From Flectonema sp. DT1601 (taxonomy: Eukaryota), in NCBI GenBank assembly GCA_964019425.1, contig OZ025782.1, positions 930,001-994,000 on the forward strand: DNA of 64,000 nucleotides, written 5' to 3'. The notes beneath the pieces were generated by a model, which saw nothing but the letters and a program-made list of their open reading frames with translations, did no database searches and was not told the DNA's origin. Positions 1 through 10,400 of the stretch are shown one piece after another. The stretch's first letter is position 1. Each line of letters begins with the position of its first letter. A program made the position numbers and the translations under genes.

Positions 1-1800
1 AATCGGGCCTGTACGGTTATGGCCGTGGAGAAGATGCGCTACTCGGTCCGAGAGGAAATTACCAATCCACCTTACATAAGGGACTGGGATGAGTGTTGTA
101 AGCCTACTCATTAGAATATGGTGATCCACATTATCAAACGCACCCGAGATATCGAAGAAAATCATCGTTGCACATTTCTCATAATTGTTTTTAACTTCAG
201 CTGCAGCTTCGATCATAACGGCTATATTTTCCTCCGCTGACCTACCAGGAACAAACCCAGATTGTTTAGGGTCTAGTTTAGAAATCAGCAGATGTTCTAA
301 TCTAAAATGGACAAGGGATTCAATGAATTTAGCAACTACTGAGGTCAATGAGATAGGACGATAGGAGGCGGCATCAGTCGGGTCCTTTTTGCTACCTTTT
401 AGAATAGGGAGAACATGTGCTACTTTCAAACATTTCGGGAAGGTTCCTCTCTGGAAAGACCAGTTTGCAATACGTAGGAGAACTTCCTTAGCCATATCTC
501 CAAAATGATAAATCATGTTGTTACTTATAGAATCCGGACCGGAGCCGTCAGACTTTTTCAAAGAATTAAAAACTGCTTGGGCCTCTGCCATTGTAAAAGG
601 AGAGCAACTGGGTTCTGAAAAATCCACCTTTGAAGTATGCGGAATAAGCAAGGGACGATTGTCAGAAGAATCAGGGAAAAAGCGACGTTTGAGCGCTCCG
701 ACGTTCACCTGCGGGGTCTCAATAACCGTTGACTCTCCTTTCAGTTCTCGTAATTTCTTATAAGTCCAGCTAAAGCCCTTCTTACAACCGTCGATTAGAA
801 TAAGTTCAGGGTCCAAATGGCGATGTTTGCGTTTAACCCGGAAAGATTCTTTGTGCCACTTATTTGGAAGAGTATCAATCGCAACAGATTCTATTGTTCG
901 AACAAAACTGTCACAGAGTTTATTTAAAGATCGTATCCTTTTAAGTCTAAAACAATGGGAGTCAAGTTGTGCGGAGAAGGAGGACCAATGAGATTCCGTA
1001 AAACTGTTTTTGAACCATATACGATGAGCCGGAATAGCTACCGGTACAGTGAGGGGAGTCACATTAAAATCTGCAACAATTGGGGTATGATCGGAATTAA
1101 CTTGCCCAGCATCAATCTGCAGCGAACGCAGACACTTGAACTGCGGCGAGTGCAATAATAAATCGGGCGTTGTACCATGAGCAGGAATAGAAGGAGCCAG
1201 AGGTTCAATAGCTAATCCATTATTTATAATCCATTCATTTACTATCCTTCCTGAAGAGACGCACCCCTTAGGAATTCGACGCGACCAAGATTCATGATGT
1301 GCATTGAAATCACCTACTGCTAGATCCCCCAAAAACATAGAAGAGGGCAGCTGGCACACCTTCGGTGGGATGTAAATATTAAAAGTTCTAAATATGCCCA
1401 TGGAAGTCGAGAAACTGCAATGGATAACCTCAACAGCGGATGGATGCTTACCTACTTCTAATTGGACCGTACCAAGAGACTTTTTGAAATAAGAAAGAAG
1501 TCCACCGCCTCCCATTTTAGAAGAGTCGCACCTATCACGGCGGAATAATGAATATCCTGTAATACCAAGTTGATCATCGGTTACGTCTGCTTTCAACCAA
1601 GTTTCCTGGAGGTGGATAATATCAGGGTCGTGAGCTTCGATAATAGCATCGAGATGTGAACGCGATGTTTTATAAGCTCTCATATTCCATGAGAGTACCC
1701 TAAGAGGCCCAGGATTAGGGTGGATCCCTGAGCGTAAGAGGTTAATACGGGCTGTTACTGTTTCATGAAATATGTTGTCAGGAATGGGAGCGATTGATTG
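1..1800 (-). CDS. Retrotransposon ORF2 (partial): 2A-like linker, apurinic endonuclease, N-terminal half of reverse transcriptase. Absent from the supplied ORF track, presumably because no stop lies inside the window.
   Basis: Manual translation gives 600 stop-free codons. APE motifs: LRVLSWNM, IIHLQETW, NIYIPP, VGDFNAHH, TPDL, SDH. RT motifs: GPDSI, SYRPISLTSVVAKFIE, QSGFVPGRS, FFDISGAFDNVDH. Confidence 0.95.
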
Positions 1801-1806
1801 CTACTG
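1705..1806 (-). promoter_or_regulatory. Putative translational recoding cassette: CAG-UAG-CAA-UCA readthrough signal (1795-1806) plus 2A-like LLRSGIHPNPG/P (1705-1740)
   Basis: Read directly from the minus strand. The stop context matches UAG-CAR-YYA, and NPGP sits immediately before the first APE strand. Confidence 0.7.
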
Positions 1807-3510
1807 GGCTGACTGGTTGTGCTTCAGTTGAGCCGCCATATCAGCGTGAGAGTTGGCCCGAGGGCGCTGGTCGGTGGAATCTCTACCGCTGCGGCGTTCG
1901 CGATCTTTGTTGGATTTACCCAGTTTATCTCTAAGTTTCTGATTTGCTTCTTTCTCCGCGGCCAGTTCCCTTCGTAATCCATCTATGGTAAGGTTGAGCG
2001 TCTGCAGTTGCTGCATGATCTCAGCATTGGAAGGCTCAGAGGGCTGACTAGGGAGTTGTAAAGGGGTTCCAATCGGCGTGTCAATAGGTGTTTTGTAACA
2101 CTGGCTGTTATTATCCATTGCCACATCCCCATCCGACTTTCCCAAGGCCGGGAAATCTTTCTGCGTTGGAAGTGTTGAAGACACCGCATTCACTGTGATG
2201 AAGAAGTCATCAGCCCACAGGACCGAGCTGGGAGGCGACGTCCGTGCCACTACTATACAATGACTAGACCTCATGTTCGTCTTCGAATTTTTCCTGCTGA
2301 AGTGGGTACAGGTCGAAATTTCCCAACCATGGCTATTACAGATTTGCCATAGTTGGCTCCGAGAAAGGCGGCCCACATGATCACCAGAGATTCTGTATTT
2401 ATCTCCTACCGGTGGAGCAGGACATGCAAGCTCTCCAAGCGATGAACGTGTTTGGTCAGTCATTGATGCCGAACAGATTATTCCTAGTTTGTTTGTACCA
2501 CGTAAGAAAGTCACCGGAGAGTTGAGGGACTTCCCGATGTTTTTCGCCTGCTGAAGATCGTTTGTCTGTAGCATGATGATGCTTAATTTTGCATCTATAC
2601 TGTCCTGGGTAAATTTCGGCAATGTGACAAAATACCCGTCTGGGCCGTTGACTGTGACCTCCAACGACAGCTTGTGAACGCGCGTACACGGAATTCGCAT
2701 GTTCACCGTTCTAATTTTATTAGAGGTTTCCCTCTGTTTTGATGGCCACACCAGGTGACTGTCGATCTCTTCGCCGAACGCACTGAGGTATGCTGCTCGT
2801 GCGCGTGTCATCAGAAAGTCCGGAGTGACTTCCACCTTCTCAGCAAAATAAGATTTATGCGCGTGAAATAACACTACGCAATTTTTAACGTTTCTCTCAG
2901 ACTTCTGTTGGGTTCTGAGAGGGGCTTTCGTGCTGCCGTAGGACGAGATCCAACCAGTACGCGACGACGTTTTTCCGTTGATGATTATTGGAAAAGTCAG
3001 CCGAGTGCTACCTTCCAACTGTTTGTGAGTGATGACTGAAAAGTCACCTTGTTTGCGAGACGCCAGGACTGCGTCTGCTGGGTTACAAATAAAAATACCA
3101 GAGGTATTGCTAATACTTGAGAAGGCTGTCGTAGCAGTGACAACCGGTAAAACCCAGTCTTCTGGTCGTAAAGTGATGTTCTGCCATGAAGGTGGCAGAG
3201 TTTTTAACGGAGGTGTCTTAATCAGCGGGGTCTTAATCTGCTGGGTCGACTTCGTATCAGGCTTCTTCGCCATATTCAGTAAGGCGCCATAGTATCCGTC
3301 CTTCTTACCCGGAGCAATGGCTGTTCTCTTCGCTGAGCTTTCTATTTTTTGCGGACCTCTAACTTTTTGCCACTTGGCTTCTGTTTTTTCCGCCTCTCCC
3401 TTCTTCTTCTTCGTTCTCTTCTTCTCAACACTCAGTTCCTCACTCAGGAATTTCCTGAAGAGGGACAACAATCGGGCCTCATCAAGAGACCCGACCGGCT
3501 GTACTTTCAT
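1801..3510 (-). CDS. Retrotransposon ORF1 (569 aa; basic N-terminus, C-terminal coiled coil)
   Basis: Long ATG-initiated ORF directly upstream of APE-RT. Heptad segment EIMQQLQTLNLTIDGLRRELAAEKEANQKLRDKL. Confidence 0.85.
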   Translation of the reverse strand: MKVQPVGSLDEARLLSLFRKFLSEELSVEKKRTKKKKGEAEKTEAKWQKVRGPQKIESSAKRTAIAPGKKDGYYGALLNMAKKPDTKSTQQIKTPLIKTPPLKTLPPSWQNITLRPEDWVLPVVTATTAFSSISNTSGIFICNPADAVLASRKQGDFSVITHKQLEGSTRLTFPIIINGKTSSRTGWISSYGSTKAPLRTQQKSERNVKNCVVLFHAHKSYFAEKVEVTPDFLMTRARAAYLSAFGEEIDSHLVWPSKQRETSNKIRTVNMRIPCTRVHKLSLEVTVNGPDGYFVTLPKFTQDSIDAKLSIIMLQTNDLQQAKNIGKSLNSPVTFLRGTNKLGIICSASMTDQTRSSLGELACPAPPVGDKYRISGDHVGRLSRSQLWQICNSHGWEISTCTHFSRKNSKTNMRSSHCIVVARTSPPSSVLWADDFFITVNAVSSTLPTQKDFPALGKSDGDVAMDNNSQCYKTPIDTPIGTPLQLPSQPSEPSNAEIMQQLQTLNLTIDGLRRELAAEKEANQKLRDKLGKSNKDRERRSGRDSTDQRPRANSHADMAAQLKHNQSAQ

Positions 3511-4456
3511 TTTAGGGGTTGTGTTGGGAAATCAATAAAAGTTGGGGTTCAAGATACAACAAGGGTCAAAAAAAACACATCGTCCTGCTGCTCTATTTAG
3601 CACTGTGGAGTACGTAGTTTCAGGCTTTAATCTTATCCTGCTTTGTCTCCCTTGTCCCTTACGAATAAGTTCCGGAGGAATTCACTCTTCAGTTAATATT
3701 ATTTATTTTATTAGTTAGAGACTCTTCAAACTTGAGGATCTCTAATTCTGCAGAACTTAATTCCAAGAAGACTATTTTATTAGTTTCCACACTGGGCATT
3801 CCAGATCAACAGATCTGTAACCTCAATGATTCCACCGTCATCGGATTACTAACAGGAAACAAAAACAAAAGTAAAAGATTGACGGAAAGTTTGATACGAT
3901 ACGAAAAGATGACGGGAAGAGGGATTTATTTGCACACCAAAAATAACGACACAATTATGAATTAAAAAAAGCGTAATCGCGGCGGGCAAAGATCATCGAA
4001 ATGTGAGAAAACTCAAACCATGCCAACAGAAAAAGAATCATAACAATATTTGTGAAGTTTTTTTATATACGAGGGGAAACAAAACAAAGAAAAATAAAAA
4101 AAATCAAAGAAATACCAACATAACAGAAGCCAGCTACGAGACAGTACTTCAGTACTACTTCAACAGAAGCACTTCTCAAATAGTTGGTATTAGTCTTAAA
4201 GAAAGTTATCAAATAAATAATAGATATTTAGGCCAGCAAATTCCATCAAATATATGACAGCGGAAACACGGAGGGAACAAAAAAATGGCACGCTGGCCAC
4301 AAGAGCAACAGTTGCTTGCTCGTCAACATGGAGAAGCTATTAACAATAAAAAGAAAACGTTCGTTGTTTGCAAGGATTGCTTCAGTCACAGACGGAAACT
4401 AATTCAAACAGAATAATTAAAAATGAACAACGTGTTGCAAACTACTATCTGCTCAA

Positions 4457-7400
4457 CTATTTCTTAATTAACTTGTCAATAACATCAGTAGCCTTGTCTT
4501 GGATAGCTTTCTTCACATCATCAAGAAAGATCTTTCCGCGGTACGATAGGACCAACCGATCGCCAACCACAGTGATGTCAGCTTTTATCGATGCCTCCAC
4601 TGATCCTCTGCTGAGAGCTGTTGAGAAGTCAATCCTGTTGATGACTATTAAGTTCTTACCAAACTGGATGATCATATTTTTTAAATCATTCAACTTGTCT
4701 CCGATCTTCTTTAAAGTATCAATTGCTTTGTCTAACTCTCTCTTTGCGTCATTTACTAACTTTTTAGCCGAATCTATAAGTTTCTTGGCTTCATTTTCAA
4801 GTTTAGATAAAGTGTTCTTCGCCCCCTCCCAAGCCTTCTTAGCTGTTTTAACGATATTACAACCGAGGGACTTAAAACAGCCGGTGAAGGATTTACACTT
4901 CGGGCACTTAGCATCGTTCTTTTCCTTCTCCTTCTTCTGGAGATCTTTCTTGGCGGAGTCTATCTTCTTATCGGACGCTGCCTTCTTATTCTTGTATTCC
5001 GTTTCCTCGTCATCGTATTTCCTTTGCTTCGAATTCTTGTCCTTTTGAGCCTTCGTGTGTTCGCGTGTGTAAGATGCAGACAAGTCAGAATCGGTTGCTG
5101 ATGCCGAGTCGTCAGCCAGTTGACTGTTGATATCATTACCAAAACTTCCAATAATTACACTTTTATGATTAGAAGATGAAGGTTTGCCTGTAACTTCAAG
5201 TGATGCCACCACAGCAAACTTATTGATGTTGAATGAGAAACTTCCTCTCGTCATCTTCTCACTCAATAACATGTTCATGCTTGCAGAGAATCCCAGGACT
5301 TGGACTTGTCCTGAAACTTCTAAAATCCTATCAGAAGTCGTGAGCTTCAAAAGAAAACTCGGTCCTTTATTTGGGTTACCCGCTGCAGTGATATCTAACG
5401 GACCCCAAGTAACTGGTTGTAACTCAAGGGAGGTTTCCAGACCCCGAGCGTCTAACTTAAACGTTGCTTCTGCTACTGTCAAGGCCCCCATAATTTTCAT
5501 ATTCGTAATGTTAACGATAGTGCCTGGGGGGATGGTTTCAGAAACAGCTCCAATTTGGATGTCAACCTCGTTGATAGGGTCGGGGTTAAAACTTGCGGAC
5601 ATGAAATCAACTGAGCTGTCAGTTAGTACCTCACCAGGTCCTTCGACACACTTTTTGCATCCGCAGACTTCTTCAATCAGGTTGCGAACGTTTAGATTCT
5701 TAACTTCTCCTTTGAAAGCACTTTTTCTGAAATCCGTAATATCAGCTCCAACTACAACAGTTCCAGTAGCAGTACCGACTTGAATTCCCCCGATGAGAGA
5801 AAATCCCGTCAGTGCGATTGGGATAGCTGGGACAGCCGACATTTGGATACCAATGGGAAATAATATTTTTGTTCCCGAGATGCCAAACGGCTCATCCCAA
5901 GGCTTGTTGCTGTCTACCAAAAGATCAACTGTCAACGCTCCAGTTGTATCCATCGAAATAAAACCTCCAGCTTGAAATACCTGAGGATTCGTACCCCCGA
6001 GAGTGAAGTCAAGCTTGACTAGAAATCCAATACTCATAACTGCTGATATCTTAAAGCACAAAGCAACCTCACGAAGAACAACATCTCTTCCAAGAGGAAC
6101 GTTACCCGCTAGCATTACAAAAACGTCAACATCGCTGATGGACAAGATATCAGCGACGACAATGAGACCTCCCGAGTGGGGATCTTTCGAATCGCTGATC
6201 TGCTGCGTCAAGTCTTGTGGTGCAACTGCCATAACGTCTTCAACAGCTTTCGAGTTGAATCCCAAAACTGTTCGAATACTAATGCCGCTGCGGAATGAAA
6301 TCATCCGCCCCGTCCGGATGTCCTTTACTTCGAATCCTTGCTTGCAGATGCTGAAGGAAAGTAAACGCAGTTTCAACGTGTTGATAATAGTCTCAATTAC
6401 TGGAGGTGTTCCAGAACGTGATGAAAGGTCTCTTGCGGTGATCATAAAACCAAATCCCCACTTGTTATTAGAACCAGCACCTGCAGCTATTAGTAACTCA
6501 ACTGGCATACCGAAAAACGAAGCATCAGCAGATATGTAGGCATACTTCTCAGTAAAGTCAACAACGAGAACAACATTACTAAATATAACAGAATTCATTG
6601 CTGAGTTGATGTCAGGATGACCTATCCCAGCTGAGGCGCCTATTGGAGACACAAACTCCTTTGAAATTGAACCTAAGTTGACTACACTTCCCGGGTTGGG
6701 CTGGGCTTCGAGACTGAAATTGCGAAACGGCTGCAGCTGAAATGACATTACAGCGTTAAAACCCAACATCTCTCCGGTTATGCGGACACTTTTCTGATCA
6801 GCGTTGTCATTTACTACCTCAACGTCTAGCGATTTGATCGTCAGTCGCTTGCCAGGCCCAAATGGAATAACGAGGTTTCTTCCGAAACCAACTAAGTTCC
6901 ACGCCTTTTCGTTGCATGCTGGCCTCGAAAAATTAACCCCGACCTCAAAGGGAGGTATGTTTCCAGGTAAATTTCTAACAGTGAGTGTTCCCTGTCCTTC
7001 GCAGCCATCCAGCGCTACGGCAATCGAAACGTAACCAGCTGGATCATTCCAGATAATTACTGCAGAAGCATTCATGTTAGTAGTGTCTAGAAGGTATTGT
7101 TGTGATACACCCTGTTTTTGAAGTTATCGTTTGCAGTTTCCTCTCGTAGCAACAGGCTAGTAAAAAGCAACAGTAATAGAGAAAATACATACCCCGCCAG
7201 CAGGGTGGGCGGTAATCACGCCGGTCCATTTTCTAGTGCTAAGGCTCGCCATGGGATTTCCTCCATGTGAGGAAGAAGTAAGATTAACTTCCAGCCATTG
7301 AAAGATCTTCCTATCTTGTGCAGTCCAAGGGTTCATGTACCTGCCGTACATTTTTACAACACCACTGCAGGAGTTGTGTTCAACCGGCCCTCTAAACGCA

Positions 7401-10400
7401 AAGGCTTCGAGACCTGCGATACGAACTGTAGCACCTCCAGTTCCCGGAGACGGAGTATTGCAGTCGTTGATGTGTTCGAATTGCAAGTCTCCACTAATTA
7501 ATCCATTCAATGTCGTAAAGAAGGTTCCTATTCTTATTTCTTGAAGGGTGCTTCGGATAACCTGTTTGATAATGTTTATGATAAGACACGGAAAAAGGAT
7601 AAAATAAAAGAAAAAGAATTATCGGGATTCTGACAGATCCATCGACCTCCACCCCCCCCCCCCCCCCCCCCCCTAGGGTACAAGCTGTCGATAAAGTACT
7701 TTTTCCGAATTTTGGTAAATATAACCTTCCCGGGGGCAAAAAATACCCAGGACCCCATCAGAACCCCCAAAAATGTGATTTCGGGGCCGAAAAAACCTCG
7801 ATTTGGCTGATTTCGGCAAAGGAATGAAAAATCTCAAAAAGTGTGGACCGTGTGGTACCTGGGGGTCCAATTTTGAGGCCTGTGACATGCACCTTCAAAT
7901 AATTTTTTTTTACAATGAGAAGAGGTGACCTTAGTGTGTCCCTGTGCACGCAGTGTGCTAATATACCATTTCCGTATCAGTTTCCGCTTCAAGAACACGC
8001 CACGAAAAAGAGCAGCGCTCTCGCTCGGCCATGCTTGAGGCCACGAGGCTCACGGGCAGGATAACACAGCGGAAAACGACGTTCTGCAGGGCAGCTCACA
8101 AAGTCATTTTGCGGAGGAGAGCATTGATCCCAGAGTGCATGAAAACACCTCCCGAGGCATCCCTGAAGTCACTCAACAGCACTTGGACAGTCAGAAGCAA
8201 GATACGCGTGAGAAAGGGGTCCAAAAACGTCCAGTATCTGAATCGTGATCACAGAAGGCTCACAGAATAGACAAAGCGCCACGTCAGTACCCCAAACAGG
8301 GATAAGCCTGAAGACAGCTGTAGTGGTAGTGCATCAAATAGCAGTGCCATAGATAGCAACAGCGACATAGGGCAACATGCCCCGTCCAAAAAGCAGTTCA
8401 AGGCATCACTCAAGACCCAACCATACTCACCAGCAGGGCATACAAGACACTCCAGTACATGCGGCATACGAAGAAGTACGGAAGACACATCCGCTTGCAA
8501 CTGTACCCAAACGAGGGGGATATACTCCCGGAGTCTTGGAGTCGTAACTACACTGCAGATATTGCGGCAAGAAGGGATCGGCGCAGAGAGATCTAACTAA
8601 GTCCTGAGTGAGTGACGTAGTTGAAGCTGATTGCAGGAAACGATCCACAGTTTGAAACTCGTCTTTTTACCTCAACCTGTGAGGTTACAGGGGAATTTGT
8701 ATCCTGTAGACTTGTTGCAATTCCTAAGTTTGAGACGTCTCCCGGTGTTGTTATTGTGGATATGTCTCTTCCGGGATTCCCGTATGTGTTTTGTTTTTTT
8801 TGTCTTATTTGCGTGCGATGTGTCTTATCTTTATATGGCCGCACTACGCTAATTGTTAAATATCGCAGGTGCACAGACAGAAGGGAAGCGGGTCGAAGTC
8901 ACCAACTATATCTCGAAGGACAGTCCGACTTGTTGATGGATTGGACAGGTGATCTGTCGGTGACCTGACTTCTTGAAGCAGCAGCTTCCTCCTCACCCTC
9001 CGTCAAATTGCTGCAGCATGATACTTCCTCTGGTACCGTCGTGCTCGTGGGATGAAGCTAACAACCGTGGCGTTCGTTGTCATCCTGCACCCTTCAAGGG
9101 ATGGGGAGGTTATTCAGTGTTGTTGATAGTTCTTGGTCAACTGATGGAACCAGTGGCGTGAATGCTACTCTACTGATAACGTACAACATATTCCAGAGGT
9201 ACACGGACTTCCAAAGGCTACCACATCAACGCAGGACCACCGACCCTCTTCAGATTGGCAAGAACAAGCACAACAGGAGGCGCTACAGGGGCTGAACGTA
9301 CCACCCCGTCCTCACAGGGAAGACCTCTAGACAGCAAGGTCTAATACTAATCTGCCATCTGTATCCAAGGATTGGTCCTCCGTCTATCTTGTACAGAAAG
9401 AAGCACAGCTTCGAGCCGAATTTTAAAAGCTGAGCACATGGGATGCTCAAGAGAAGGCCAGTAGCCTAAACATCGGACATGGGGGAATTAACAAGCCCGG
9501 TCTGGTGGAGCATATTATTAAGGTTCAAATCAGGTCGATAAAAATAAAACTTGGGTTCCCATTTCATTCCCCACTCAACTCAGACGGAAACCCTGGTTAT
9601 GGATTGCTCAATGCACGGAATTACTTGTAATTTTTGTGAGCCCTCCTAACACACCCCTTGTTTTCACCCCCCCTCAGGTACCACACGGTCCACACTTTTT
9701 GAGATTTTTCAAAGACTTGCTCTAAAGTGCCGAAGAACTGTTTCTTTGGATCGCAATCCCCATTTTTGGGGTATATGTTGCAGTTTTCATAATTTGGGTG
9801 CCCAAAAAACTTGTTCTCCGGAAAAAAACCGAAAGTGCCCAAAATCTCCGTAAAATCGATGCTTGTACCCCCCCCTACCCCCCCCCCCCCCCCCTCTCAG
9901 GTTCTTTTAGAAAGTTCACAAGTATCCTTCCAAAACCATTTTGGGTATTTCCAAGCAAAGGTGACAAACATACCGGAATCTCAGCCAGGGCAGAGTTACC
10001 AAACATCATCGCTGATGATGTCAGTTTCCCTTCGAATTGAGTTGGCTCAGCTACTGTTGACATCAACTCTCCAGTGATCGCATCGTTGAATGTAATTCCG
10101 TTATACGGTACCTGAAGTACGGCGTTCGCATTGATTTCATAAAGAGTTTCCGTAGGTCGTGTCAGACAACGAAAGTACTGCAGCTCGCCGACGAATGTGG
10201 TATTCAGTTTACTGAAAGTAACATCTCCCATTGCTTCAAATGCCTTGCACGGTTCATCTTCATTATCAGTACTGACCTCGGCAGTTCCAATAAACTCAAA
10301 CCCTCCCGAGGAAATAGTCATCGGGACGGAAAGTGGAGTCAGCATCTCGTCCTTCGTTATGTTGGCTGACACCGACAGGTCGGCTCCATTCATAAATGAA

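Larger units (their letters stand above)
1..3567 (-). mobile_element. Non-LTR (LINE-type, APE-RT) retrotransposon, 5' portion; runs off the left edge of the window
   Basis: ORF1 (1801-3510) is followed in frame by an uninterrupted APE+RT reading frame (1-1800). The 5' end lies where homology to the duplicated copy at ~19607 begins (~3572), giving a ~57-nt 5' UTR. Confidence 0.95.

Noticed and set aside
3732..3965. 77-aa plus-strand ORF repeated at 19767-20000
   Set aside because: No ATG start, opposite to the cluster strand, and the identity is explained by the duplication.
4368..7034. Plus-strand ORFs of 60-226 aa, and their twins at 20386-23049
   Set aside because: They are antisense shadows of the long exon, conserved only because the region is duplicated.
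7960..9560. Transposase gene inside the TIR element
   Set aside because: Only short, stop-interrupted frames with no recognisable DDE/D motif
9875..9973. Transposon and poly-G apparently disrupting the giant gene (pseudogene call)
   Set aside because: A GTATGT donor at 9973 and an AAACAG acceptor at 7562 remove the whole region in phase.
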